From the human T2T-CHM13v2.0 reference genome, Homo sapiens, in the NCBI RefSeq assembly GCF_009914755.1, contig NC_060935.1: 64,000 bases of DNA; one strand, 5' to 3'. The notes beneath the pieces are model-generated. The model worked only from the letters and a program-made list of their open reading frames with translations. It did no database searches and was not told the origin of the DNA. The stretch's first letter is position 1. Each line of letters starts with the position of its first letter. Below are positions 12,164 to 25,008 of this stretch, one piece after another. The position numbers and the translations under genes are program-made.

Positions 12164-12494
12164 ATAAGGGACTGGCTCAAAATCATCCAGCTAATGCATG
12201 GTAGGACCCAAGTCTCTTGAGTCCTTTTCACAGCACTGTGATGCCTAAATAGCGTTTAACATTCAAACCTGGGAACAATATCCATCTCCATCTGCCTAAA
12301 TAAATTGCCGGTTGCTAAAAATGGCACCACTGGTTGTTAGCATTTATGTTAGAAATCCCGAAGTTAAAAATAGTTTTTCAACATTATGGATTTTTTTTCT
12401 TCAAAAGTTATGTTCAGATGATTCTATAATTTTGGCAATTAAATGCACTCTCATTATGTGTCCATTAGTACTGACTTCCTGTCCATGTGGAGAA

Positions 12495-13062
<568 letters not shown>

Positions 13063-13219
13063 TCAGTGATACTGTTATTTTACAGAGTTGAAGCTCTCAA
13101 TCCTTATATTAAGAGCTCAGGATTTGATGATAATCGAGCATGCTACAAATGATCCTTGTCCATGCATTTCTACTCCATGTGACCAGATCTGAGTTACTTA
13201 CTCAACCCCTAAATCAATT

Positions 13220-13680
13220 ATAGTCCTGGCAGTAAAGAAATGGCATATCCAAACATGTAGGAAAAGAGAATTTCAAAGAAGGACTATTTATAGAGGTGTG
13301 GAAAGGAATACAGAAAACCAACAAGGGGTGATACAGCACCCAGGGCTAGCAACAGTGGGAGCTGCAAGCACTGCCCTGAAGGAGCAAGTAGAGGGACTAG
13401 CTATGGGAGCCTAAGGAGGGAGCTAGGGTGTCAACAAGAATCATTAATAGGAGCTATAGCCTCCAGAAAGAAATATCACCATCTCCAGTGCTCTGGCTGA
13501 GAAGCAGCCAGGTGCCATATTCCATTTTCCTGCTGCAGCTCCCCATTGGTCAAACTTAACCACAGTCAGAGGTCAACGGAGTCAGAGTAAAGCTGTCCAA
13601 AGAGGCCATCCTCCTGGGGCACAGAGCTGAATCGAGAAGGGTAAAAGGCTTAGGGGGGCCAGTGGAAAGGATTCAGCACA
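13220..13680 (-). mobile_element. ERVL LTR33-like solo LTR
   Basis: cacccagggctagcaacagtggga...ccccattggtcaaac...cctcctggggcacagagc...attcagcaca resembles the LTR33 reverse complement. Confidence 0.65.
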
Positions 13681-14959
13681 ATCCCTCATTCATTTTGCTA
13701 TGACGATCTACAGAAAATTTACCAATGATCACAATATGACCCTAACCGTAATTAGGACAGGAGTTCTTCCTTTAGCCTGCCCAACTGAAATGTGGCTTAT
13801 GAAAAACTTTTTGTCTCAGTATTTTCTGTACAATTTTAAATCCTACTAAAACTTCACTGCAATCAGATTTATGAACTAAGTCAAAATAAAACGCACACCA
13901 GCCTTCAAAAGATATGAACCCTGGTACCTAAATTCTGGGTTCCATTACTAGTTCCACTTCTTGTCAAATAAATGATCCTTGGGACTAAGTGAACTAAATT
14001 CAATGGCAGTGAAGACAGAAAAAGTAAGGTGTGAGAAACACTTAAACAGCACAAACAGGCCTTAATGAGTCCTTAGATGTTGGAGGTATGAATGCTTAAA
14101 TGCTGAAGAGCAAAGTGGAAGAAGCCAGGACTGTGTGAAACCATTCACTGCGTTAGGGGATGCAGGAGAGGAGATGGCTTCTCTTTCTCTGCAGAAGCAC
14201 CTATTATTTCTACTCCTTCCTCAAAGCCCTAAGGTCTTTGTTTTCCTGGTAAATGGCCTCAGAAGGAAAAATTTATGCTGATGACCCCTTGGCAGCTGAG
14301 GTCTATACTGGCCCAGGTCCCCAGCACAAAGCTGCCACCTTGGAAACTCAGCAAGTAGTTTGGACTAACTCCCGATTAACTAGGAACTTTGCAATCTCAG
14401 GAGAGGGATAATTAGCACAAGTGGTACAATTTGGCTGGGTCCTCAACTGAAAGCTGCAAGGAGACAATCAACATCAAAAAACCTCCTGGTCCGGAAGTCT
14501 GCGAGGAAGTGGCTAAGGATAGAGAGATTTTGATTTTGTGCTTTTAATTTCCAGCTGAACCAGGCCCTAATTGGAACAATATCATTTATTACAAATTTGT
14601 CCCCATGTGGTCTCTGGGTTTATAATCTGCTACAGATAAGGATCCCTACCATGGAGTAGTTTATGACTATGTCCTCTGTCTTGTGTTGCAGTTACAAGGC
14701 AGTGTGGGATGGCTTGTTTTGCTGCTAAGATATCAAGTGCAGCTGGCAAATTTATTGGGTTTGCCCTTCCCTATCCTAACAGATTATTCTTCTCTTTCTC
14801 CCTTGCTAATGGCACTCCCTGCAAAGAATAGCAATAATTAAGAAGTCTGGTCACCATTGTCCTCAAAAGAGAGAGATGTTCTTTTAGAACTGACTCCCAG
14901 TGAAAAAGCTTCCCAAGTATTTACCTGGGCTGAAGACTTTGTTGACACTTCCCTGAACC

Positions 14960-15300
14960 AAGTGATAAACATCTATTAAGCAGCTGTGGTATACTGGAAT
15001 TGTGAGGACACCAATGCACATTAAAACATAGCCTCTGCCATTAAGTAACTTAGAATTAAGTTAGGAAGACAAATGCATACGTTCAAGCAGATGACCAACA
15101 ACGTGAGTCCACTGGAGGACCTGGGCTTCATTCTGACTTCACCAAGCTGAGGCTCGTCATAGAACATCTCTGAGCCAAGCAGTCCCAGCGTCTTCCTCTG
15201 TAAAAAGGCACCAAAATGTCTAGCTCGTAGAATTGCTGTAGGAATTAAAATGAAGGCTGCTTGTGAAAGTACTTTAAAAACAAAAGTATTTGTTATTACT
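14960..15300. mobile_element. adjacent L2 (-) and MIR (+) fragments
   Basis: catagcctctgccattaagtaacttagaat (L2), then atctctgagcc...cttcctctgtaaaaagg...gtgaaagtactt (MIR). Confidence 0.6.
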
Positions 15301-15572
15301 TATTGCAAATTACAAAAGTAAGCTAGAAATAATTTCAATTATGCAAAATGCAAAAAATAATTTTTGGCATTATCCACGGATGAAAATTATCTAATTATCT
15401 AGAAAGTTGCTTGGGATAACCAGGAAAAAACCCATATTATGCTCTTAAATAAAAAATCAAGAATAAAATTTCAGCATGGTACAATTTTAAGTTTGTAAAA
15501 ACAATGTATGGGAAAAAATGCAAAGAGAAACATCAAAGTGTTAAATAGTAAATGTTAAAATGATGACTTCTT

Positions 15573-16978
15573 TGGTAGCAATAAAAACACCTAGCATTCA
15601 GATCTTGATTTCTAAATATCATGACCCACTAAAAGTAACCAGGAATCTTTGACGAAATGGCTAATTTCAGGAATGGAACTGCGTGAGTATAATTTGTGTT
15701 TGGAAAATTGTCTTGTCCCAAACAGTATGGAAGTGCTCTAAAAGTAATACACAGATATCAAAAGGACATAGAAATCAACTTGAAGGAATTCTCATTGGCC
15801 AAATCTAGGACTGTTTGAGGATCTGAATAAATAATAGAAATAAATCATAACTCATGGAATAAAATAAGAATCCATTAGCCCATAATGAAAAAACATAAAT
15901 AAATAAATAAATAAATAAATAAATACAATTGGAGAGAATGGGAAGCTTCTTCCCTACAGTAGGAAGAACTTTTGTTGCCAGCTAAGAAATATACACAAAA
16001 TTATAAAATTAGAAAACCACTATTTGGCCACCATAGTACTAGGTGATTCAAGCAAGAATTATCAATATATGTTAAAACTAGCAGGTAAAATTTTGATGAG
16101 AAACAGGATATGAACTTAGTTTCAAAGTATCTTCTCAAAAATACTTATTAATTTCAAAGTGGAAAATAGTAACTGTACATGAATAAGCCTATAGATACCA
16201 CCTTAGCTAAGTAATTAAAGTTAACATCCTTAGTAATGGGACAAATCCATATCCTGTGGCTGATATAATGCAATGAGAAAGATGCAATTTTACTTCTGTA
16301 ATGTTCATGCCAAAATTGCATAGTTTGAATTCACATATGAGAAACGAAGTCACACCCAAATGGAGGGGCAGTGTACAAAAACTGATCAGTGCTCTTCAAC
16401 AATGTCAAAGTCATGAAAGAAAGAAACCAAGAAGAACAAGGAGCTAACCATCCCAATTGAAAAGAAACTAAAGAGATATGATAACTAAATCCAGTGCATG
16501 ATTCTGGATTAGATCTTGGAGTAGATTTTTATTCTCTTGCCATAAAGACATTATTGGGACAACTAGAGATATTTGATTAAGATCCATGGATCAGGCAATA
16601 GCATTGAACTAATGTTAATTTCTTAAGTTTGATAAAGTTTAGGTATGTAAGAGTTTATCTTTTTTTTAATGGAAATACATCCTTGAGTATTTAGGAATAA
16701 AGAGGGATTAGGCCTCCAACTCATTCTTAATTGATTCAGGGAAAAAATAATAATAGATGCCTATATGTGTATATATATATATATACACACATATATACAC
16801 ACATACACAAAGATATATTTAGTGAGAATGATAAAAATATATGTGGTAAAATGTCAATATTTATGGAATCTGAAAGAACAGTATACAGAATAGGTTGTGT
16901 TATTTTTGTAATTTTTCTGTGTTATTTTTGTAATTTTTCTGTAAGTTGTAATTAATTATTTAAAAATAAGGTTAAAAT
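15573..16978 (+). mobile_element. L1MC4-like 3' UTR fragment
   Basis: tggtagcaataaaaacacctagcattcagatcttgatttctaaatatc...; ccaaatggaggggcagtgtacaaaa; 3' end tttttctgtaagttg...aaaataaggttaaaa; flanked by L1ME-like remnants. Confidence 0.85.
15896..15923. repeat. (TAAA)7 microsatellite
   Basis: perfect tetranucleotide array inside the L1MC4-like element. Confidence 0.95.
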
Positions 16979-17365
16979 ATAATGGTGTTGGGCAGTGGGA
17001 TCATTCTTCTTTATACTATGCTTTCCTCTACTTCTCAATTTTTTAGAGTTAATATGTAGGGCAGGTAGAAAGATCTAGATACATATACACATGAGAAATA
17101 TAGTTTTTATGTCACCCATTAGCACTACTCCCATTGTACTTTATGTACTCCTCTAGTGTAAAACATTGTCTATAGTCAAATTATCCCTGTTTCTTTCAGA
17201 AAAAGAGTACCTTTCACTTCCTTCAGCTTCTGAAGGACAGAAGGTAAATTCTGATAAATAAGAAAAGTAGGTAGAAACTATTCAGTAAAACTCTAGAGAT
17301 GTAATTCAGGGGACCTGAGACAAGACCATCCTGTGTCCCAAGAGACTACTAGTCCAAAACCTAGA

Positions 17366-19250
17366 TGTATCAGTCAAGTGTATGACTGAAGCAAGACTGC
17401 AATAACAAAAAATCCCCAAATTTCAGAGCCTTTTATCAATAAAGACTTATTTCTCATTCACATTACCTGTTGACTGAAGATGAGCTACATTCTGGGCTCA
17501 GTTGTACATGACTTCCTCATCCTGGGATCAAACTGGGAAAGTATCCTCCATCTTGATTTCATGGCAAAGGAGAAAGAGCAAGACAACTAATGGAAACATT
17601 CAAGGGGGTGTAAAGCTTTTCTTCACAAAGGACATATGAGAATTTTACTCACATTTCATTGATGAGAACCTATGCTACTCTTCCTATGGGGATGCTCTGC
17701 AAATTACATGGCAAGAGGCAGGGATATCAAATCTTCTGGAAATGAGGAAACAAAAATTGGAAGCAATGTTATATAGTTAAACAGTATGTATTTTTCTCAT
17801 AAGTCTTTGCTTTCCTCTCTTCTGCACATAAAATTCACCTACTCTCCAAAGGAGAAGGCCAGAAGTCTAAAGGAATATGACATTAAATCAAAAGCCCAGG
17901 TTCTTATAACAGTCTATATACCAAATGTGATAAAAATGTGGCTCCTTTTGATCCAGAGACCTATGTACCAAAACTAAAACAAAACAGTTACCTTTTCTTT
18001 CTCAAACTCCACATACATTTGTGGAACAGGGCCAAGAAAGCTGCAATAAACTCTCCCATTTGTAAAGGAGAAGAATGAAAAGATGGAAGACATCAAGTGG
18101 TCACTGGCCTATAGCTATTCCGAAATCTGGCTGGGCAAATATTGTAAACCCATACCCTGGGGTGGGGAATATTCTTTGTTTAGATATCAGGTCTGCTTCA
18201 TGGGTGCAGGCATTTCTCTTCATGGCTCTTGGATTCACATTTTGATAATTCCTTTTCTTTTCCATTATTCTCCCTAAGCACATGTATAGAAAATATTAGA
18301 AAATATCTTCTCCTTGAGCGCTGGGTGGCAGAAACTTAGGAGCCCTAAAGTTATTTTCTGTGTTTAACAGCCATAGTCTCACAATTCAGGCTAATGGCCC
18401 TTTGGAAATAAAACTGTCTCAAAAACATTATGGTCCTTTTCACCAACCAACTTTTTATGCCAACTGCCACACTTGGAATTCTTTTCTGGACGTGCGTTTC
18501 TTTCTATAACTAATTGGAAGGACTTTACAGTTATTATACATTAATAAGACAGAAGACCTTTCTTTCCTTTCTTTGAACTATTTTGTCCAATTTAAATCAT
18601 GTACTAGGGGTCACCTTAATAAATTACAGGATTTAAGAAAGAACATGGAGATCACATCCTTGATTTGAACTTTGCCTTGAGACCATAATATAATAAGCTT
18701 TTGTTGCTTGACATGTTTCCAGTTTAACTTTTATATGTTAAATACAAGAATCTGTTACAACCTACAGATTCTGAAAGTTCAAGACTCTCTTTTTCTTTTT
18801 ATTCTTGCTTTAAAACTAGCCATGTCCTTCTGAACTCATCTCTTCTTTATAGTATCTTGTCATATCCTTTTATGAACAACTAAGTCACACATGCCTCATC
18901 CCACTGGCCAACCTTATCACCTAAAGCCACTGCTTCATTAGATAAATTATCTGTCTTGCAAGTTATCTTATGGTTTTACAAATGTTTAGTTATTTCCTAA
19001 TGTGAGTCATAATGTTATCAGATTCAATAATAGTTTCCTCACTACCCACTGCTTGACTCTGAAGCTAGTTACATAATTTTGTTGTTTTTGTTTTGTTTTG
19101 TTATGGTAACACCCCACTTCTGGTACAACTTCTGTATTAGTCAGCTTTTACTGAGTACAATCATAGTAACTCCCTAAAGTCTCAGTGGCTCCTAAACATA
19201 AAATTTAAGTTTGCTCATATGTAATGTGAGCCTTACCTAATGACAGCTGA
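17366..19250 (-). mobile_element. MLT1 (H/I/J-class) MaLR provirus: LTR, internal region and partial LTR
   Basis: LTR 17366-~17783; MLT1-int-like sequence (gatccagagacctatg, gtcactggcctatagctattccgaaatctggctgggcaaat); internal/LTR junction accccacttctggtacaacttc|tgtattagtcag at 19133. Confidence 0.75.
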
Positions 19251-19349
19251 CTTATACACTTATGCACTGGGACTGTAAGTTCCAAAGGAAGGCCTCAGTG
19301 CTTCAGAGATGGTATTATAGTAACCAGGAAATCCGACAAGAGGGAAGAA

Positions 19350-19490
19350 ACTTTCTCCTTCTGCTGCTTTTCTTAATACAGTGAATGACTTCACCATCTA
19401 TCTAGCTTCCCAAAGCTACAAATAGATAGATGAGTAATCCTCTATTTCTTCCTCTCCTTCACCCCCTACACTCTCCAGTCATCAAGTAAA
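19350..19490 (+). mobile_element. L2 fragment
   Basis: cagtgaatgacttcaccatctatctagcttcccaaagcta...ttcctctccttcacccc. Confidence 0.6.
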
Positions 19491-19630
19491 AACATTCCTG
19501 GCAACTAGAACATTACCTGACTCATTGTGTAGTCCCTCTAAACGTTTGCTGTTTTTATGTTAATGCACAAAAATATATGATCAAAAAATATATAAAGTTT
19601 ATGAAATCCCTATTCTAAAGCAGGGCCTAT

Positions 19631-19935
19631 TTTTATTTTTTTTTTAGAGAAAGGCTCTTGCTCTGTTGCCCAAGCTGGAGTGTACTGCCACAACCATAGG
19701 TCACCGTAAGCTCAAACTCCTGGGCTCAAGTGATCCTTCCACCTCAACCTCCTGAGTAGCTACTACTATAGGCACGTGCCACCATACCTGGCTAATTATT
19801 TTATTTTATTTTTTTTGTACAGATGGCGTCTTGCTATGTTGTCTAAGCTGTACTCAAACTCCTGGCCTCAAGTGATCCTCCCGCCTTGGCCTCCCAAAGC
19901 ACTGGGATTATATGCATGAACCACTACAGCTAGCC
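19631..19935 (-). mobile_element. AluJ, full length
   Basis: J-type aactcctgggctcaagtgatcc; degenerate TSD taaagcagggcctat (19616-19630) and tgaagcagagactat (19936-19950). Confidence 0.95.
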
Positions 19936-20403
19936 TGAAGCAGAGACTATAGCCCCCACAACTGTTAAGTGTTAATACAAGGAACCAAACACAGGTCTGC
20001 ATCACTGAAATGTTCCTGTTCTTTGTATACCACCTGCCTCTATTAGTCACTGCTTTGGGACTAAGTGGAGGACCATAAGAATAGGCCTAGGCAGACCGTA
20101 GACTGCTACTAACTCATCTCTACTTGTGCATTTAAATATGCTATGTATAAGGGGCAATGTGGCCTACTTATTTGGTAGGCCCAGTGTCATTTTCATCTTC
20201 ATTTGAAGGACTCCAGAGCATCACCTTCATTTAACAGAATCCTTCTGAGAAGTATTGGTCCCTCTCTCTAAATTCTTGGATGACCCAGGATGAAGAACCT
20301 TATGTTGTTTATTTTATAACCTGGCCATTATTCTCATCAGCCAGGAAATTATGAGAGTAGCCACAGCACTGAGAGCCTTGTTCCCAAGAAATTGATCACA
20401 AAC

Positions 20404-20760
20404 TGTAGTAGGTGGTGTTCAAAGATCAGATGATCTCAATGAATCACATCTTTCAGTATTTATGTCCTGATATAGTCTCCTCCCACAATGAAACTGAGTT
20501 GGCCTGTGACACACTTTAACCAATAGAGTACAGTATTATATTATGCCAAATCTGGGCCTAAGCTTTAAGAATATCTGGCCATATTTGCCCTTTTAGTAGC
20601 CTTGAGTTGCCATTTAAGAAGTCTTGCTGCCTGCTGGAAAGTCTACTTGGAGAAAGCAAGTGGAGAGGCCACATGGAGAGAGTAGTCCTAGACTACACGA
20701 AGACAGAGAGAAAGATCTGCCATCTCAGCATCCCAGCTGAGTTCAACTTTCAGCCAACCT
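20404..20760 (+). mobile_element. MLT1F/G/H-class LTR fragment
   Basis: ggcctgtgacacactttaaccaataga...gagaggccacatggagagag...cagcatcccagctgag. Confidence 0.7.
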
Positions 20761-21830
20761 TTCTTGATTCTCCTGGTTATAGTGAAAGGTCAAATGAAGT
20801 AAGGTTTGAAACGGTGATGTGTAAGCTGGACAAGCACACAGGTTTGTGTTACATTCAATTAATCATAAGAGTGTGTTGAGTATTGAGCTCAGCCAGGCTG
20901 TGGTAGATAGTACGGGGAAGAGGATACCAACCCTATGCTGAAGGATTTCCCTCTGGGGAACAAAATGAATTTCTGTGCAGAGACACTGCATGCACAGACA
21001 TTCTCCCACTCAGGTCTTGTCAGAACCACAAGGATGGAGGGATGAAAAGAAGGTCAGGACTGGGGAGTGGGACTGGGGATGGTGTGTGCCACTGAAGGTC
21101 AGAACACATAATGAGGTGGTCACATCACCTCTCCTGGGGAGGCAGATTTGTTATGGCACTTTCTGGGGAAATCAACTAACTTGTCATGGGCTCTGTGAGT
21201 GAAACCCCATTTCAAGGTAACAGGGTCTTAGAGGACAGAAAGGAAGGTGAGGTGGCATTAAACCCAAGGTGCTAGAATTCTGACCAACCTTTCTCCAGGG
21301 GACACAGGGAAATTTTGAAGCCAATTATCCTCCTCTGCAGTAGCCCTCCATTCCTAGAAATGCATTCTCATCCTTGGAGAAAGATCAAAAGTTTCTGGAA
21401 AAGAGCCACAACCAGGAGCAAGACTGGTGAGATACTAATAGAGAGAGCGAGAGAGTGCCATGGATTCACAATGTGTGGTGCCAAGAACTAAAAAGAAAAT
21501 CAATGAGGGAAAGTCAAATTCCCTCCTGGCCATGGCAGCCTTCAGGAGGCAGAGCAGCTGACAGGCTGCTGGAATCACTAAACCGATGTCCTGAACAACC
21601 AGTCAAGGCTGCAACTGAGCTCCATTCTCAGTGATACTCCATGTGGCTAGTTCTGCCTTGTGAAAGAGCCCTTCTCTAGACTTAAAGAATTCTAGAATGG
21701 GCACAGCTTTAAGAGCCCAGCCAAAACTGTGCTGCTTTATGAGCATCTCAGTATGAGCTGTTCATGGTTATAACTTGGACAGACTTATCCCAAGGCCTGC
21801 TAGGACCTCAGCAGTACAGACTATGAGATG

Positions 21831-21887
21831 AAAAAAAAAAAAAAAAAAAAGAAAGAAAGAAAGAAAAACAAAAGAAAAGAAAAAAAA
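21831..21887. repeat. A20 plus (GAAA)n A-rich tract
   Basis: 20 A followed by gaaa/aaaga units; no Alu or L1 body attached. Confidence 0.9.
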
Positions 21888-22419
21888 GACTGACCCTGCT
21901 CTAAGGGTCTAAGGGGGAAAGCCAAAGGCCCTTTTCACACGTACAAGTGGTGAGCCCAAGCTTGAATTAGGCTGGAGTTTTTGTGAAAGAAAATCTATTC
22001 AGGTGGCCAGTATAGCAATAAGAAATCTGGTTTGCATGGATCCATGTATCAGGAATACTGAGAAATCAGCAATTCAGAGAGTACATGGGGCCACAGATAA
22101 CCTCCAGGCCTACCAACTAATGGGTTGAATGCAACAAGGCAAATACTAGACTCCTTTAGATACAAGGATAAACCTAACAAATATTCTACCAGTCTTGGTC
22201 ACAATTTCCTGAGGGAACACACCACTGCCTACAATTTAAGAAGTCAAGAACTGATCATCCCAGAAATGGAGTGCTCTCCTTTCCCTCCAGTTTTCTGGAA
22301 CTTTCCCACTTAGATCCATTCAATCTCTGCATACACATAGCCATATCAAAGCTTGGCTCATGTTCTAGGGGACCAGCTGTCAATATATGACTCTATTTGT
22401 ATTTGATGAATTTTAAAGT

Positions 22420-22716
22420 TTTTTTTTTTTCTTTTTTCCTTTTTTCAGAGACAAGATCTCACTTTGTCACTCAGGCTGGAGTGCAATGGTGCAATCAGAG
22501 CTCAAACTCCTGGGCTAAAGTTATCCTCCTGCATCAGCCTCCCGAGTAGCTGGGACTACAGATGCACGTCACCATGCCCGGCTAACTTTTTATTTTTATA
22601 GAGACAGGGTCTTGCTACATTGCCCAGGCTAGTCTCGAACTCCTGGCCTCAAGCAGTCCTCCTGCCTCAGCCTCCCAAAGTGTTGAAATTACAGGCATGA
22701 GCCACTGTGCCTGGCC
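22420..22716 (-). mobile_element. AluJ with short internal deletion
   Basis: Alu dimer in reverse with J-type ctcaaactcctgggct; short TSD taaagt at 22414-22419 and 22717-22722. Confidence 0.95.
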
Positions 22717-23284
22717 TAAAGTCCATTTTAGTGCAGTAACTAATGACTCAACGCTTCTTTCCTCCTACCGATGCTTAGAACTAAAGATGCCTCCCCAGGT
22801 TGAAATACTACCTTGACCATGTTGATCCTTCCCTTGAAGGTCTAACAGTTCGTTGATGATTACCTCATTTCTCTACCCCAGTCCGACAATATTCCTAACC
22901 ACTGCCTCCTTCTCTCCAGCAGGTTATACTGAAAATTTTCTGATTCTATTCATCCCTGATATACATGCCTAGGCCTCTTCTCTGCTCAGGTAAACTCTAT
23001 ATGCCTCACAGAAGTATTTTAATGAAGAAATCAAGTGGAAATCTAGATCCAAATTGCCCAAAAAATTCCATAAAACAATTGTAGTTCTAGAACCTGTTTT
23101 CTCCAAACAATATTTTACATAGTGGTCTGGTGTGTATAAGTAACAGATAAATGCTTATCTACTGAAGTAAGGGTAGGGAGAAAGTTTGCCAGGGGAGATC
23201 CTTAGGCCTCCAAAGGACTCCCAGACTCCACAGGAAAAAGAGAAAGCACCACTGACCTAGGCAAGTCACTCAACCTAGACTAAG

Positions 23285-23400
23285 TCACCTAATGTACAAA
23301 GGAGAAAACTAAGGCCCAGAGAGTGGAAGTAGTTTTCTCAGAGTCACAGAATAAATTGGTATCAGAGTCTAATTCAGAAATAATGTCTGTTCTGATACCA
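23285..23400 (-). mobile_element. MIR SINE
   Basis: gagaaaactaaggcccagagagtggaagtagttttctcagagtcacag. Confidence 0.75.
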
Positions 23401-23880
23401 TACTCTGTCTCTAAAATTTATCCAGAATATCCATGGAATCAGATAATCAAGTTTATCAACTACCTCAATTTGACTTGGTTCATCTAATTTGGGAAATGTG
23501 TAAAATAACAAATCCAACATAATGTCAAATCAGATTTTATTAATTTCATTGATCCCTATTAGAGTCATCACAAACATTTTATTTAGGAGAATCAGAAAAT
23601 GCTCAAATTGAATAAAAATAAGTTGATTGTGTTAGATAAATAATTCAAATGTGCTTTGAAAAATGCATTTTTTGTAATAAGTCATTGAAATCATCTTTCT
23701 ATGGAAAACTACGTTAATAATTTAAATAGACTTGTTAGTGTATCTGTTCATGATCAATGCAAAGGGCTGCAATCAGCACTTGTTTGAAGCATCCATAGAA
23801 AATCTAGCAGGATATGAGATTTGGCAATACCTGTATGGAAGGGTGAAGTTAGTCTAGGGACTCAAGTTTTATAACATGCA

Positions 23881-24006
23881 TATGGTGACCATATTTTCTA
23901 AATGAGAAATCAGGACACATGTTTGACAAGTAAGAATATCCTTATGGGGACAATGGAATAGATATAGCAACCAGGTCTGTTGCAGAGAACCTGGAACATA
24001 TGGTCC
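23881..24006. mobile_element. MER94-like hAT-Blackjack MITE
   Basis: terminal inverted repeats ggtgaccatat / acatatggtcc; internal caggacac and ccaggtctgt. Confidence 0.6.
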
Positions 24007-24259
24007 AGAAAGACAGTCTGCAGAGGCAGTTTTGTGAGGCTTGTCTCCTTCACAATTAATCGTCTTATTTCAGGGTTGGGAAATTGATGTGTATTCCCAG
24101 TAACCGGGTCCTTAACTTTCACTTTGTCCTCCTAAGGCAAACTTTACTGAAAAAGAAAGGTCTTTGAAAGTTAAAGTGCTCTAGAAATATGAATGAGCAT
24201 AACTATTAACAAGATTATAAATATAAAATTAATTTATTTATATATTGGACAAAATATTT

Positions 24260-24420
24260 ATGCATTGATCAATTTGACATACATTTATATGCCTATTTTG
24301 TATTATGCTTTGTATTGGACATTGAGGACATACTGATGAGCCAGGCTTGATCCTGTTCTCATGAAGTTTACAGTCTAAAAGATGGTATACAAATACAATA
24401 ATAATCACAGTATGGTGGTC
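24260..24420 (-). mobile_element. L2 3' end
   Basis: cattgaggacatactgatgagccaggc...tcctgttctcatgaagtttacagtcta. Confidence 0.7.
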
Positions 24421-24585
24421 ATATAGTCATAATGAACAGTCTAATTGCCATCCTTTCATCCATTTTTATGTAATATGTTAGAACAAATACACTTATTAAT
24501 AGCTAGATAATAAGTATGTAAGTTTAGATACGTAGCAAGTGTGTAAATTACAACAAATCACTTCATTGCTTTGAGTCTCACTTCT

Positions 24586-25008
24586 TGTGCTAGGCAGTTT
24601 TTCCATTGTTATAAAAAAATACCTAAGACTAGGTGATTTATTAAGAAAAGAGGTTTTATTTTGGCTTCTTGTTCTGCAGGTTGTACAGGAAGCATGGTGC
24701 CAGCATCTGCTTCTGGTGAAGCCTCAGGAAGCTGGCAATCATGATGGAAGTTGACAGGGAGTCAGCATGTCACATGGGAAGAGAGAGGGAGCAAAAGAGA
24801 GAGGGAGGAGGGGCCAGGCTCTTCTAAGCAACCAGATCTTACATGAACTCAAGGAGAGAACTCCCTGATTTATTGAGAGGACAGCACCAAATTATTCATG
24901 AGAGATCCACCTCCATAATCCAAACACCTCCCACCAGGCCCCACCTCTAACACTGGGAATCACACTCCAACATGAGATTTGGAGGGGACAAACATCAAAA
25001 CCATATCA
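24586..25008 (-). mobile_element. MSTA/MSTB-class MaLR solo LTR inserted in a MIR
   Basis: gtacaggaagcatggtgccagcatctgcttctggtgaagcctcaggaagct...acatgagatttggaggggacaaacatcaaaaccatatca; TSD cttct/gttct; MIR sequence on both flanks. Confidence 0.92.

Noticed and set aside
23357-23400. TGGTATCAGA / TCTGATACCA 10-bp inverted repeat resembling a tRNA-iMet primer-binding site
   Set aside because: It lies inside a degenerate MIR with no adjacent LTR; best explained as chance.
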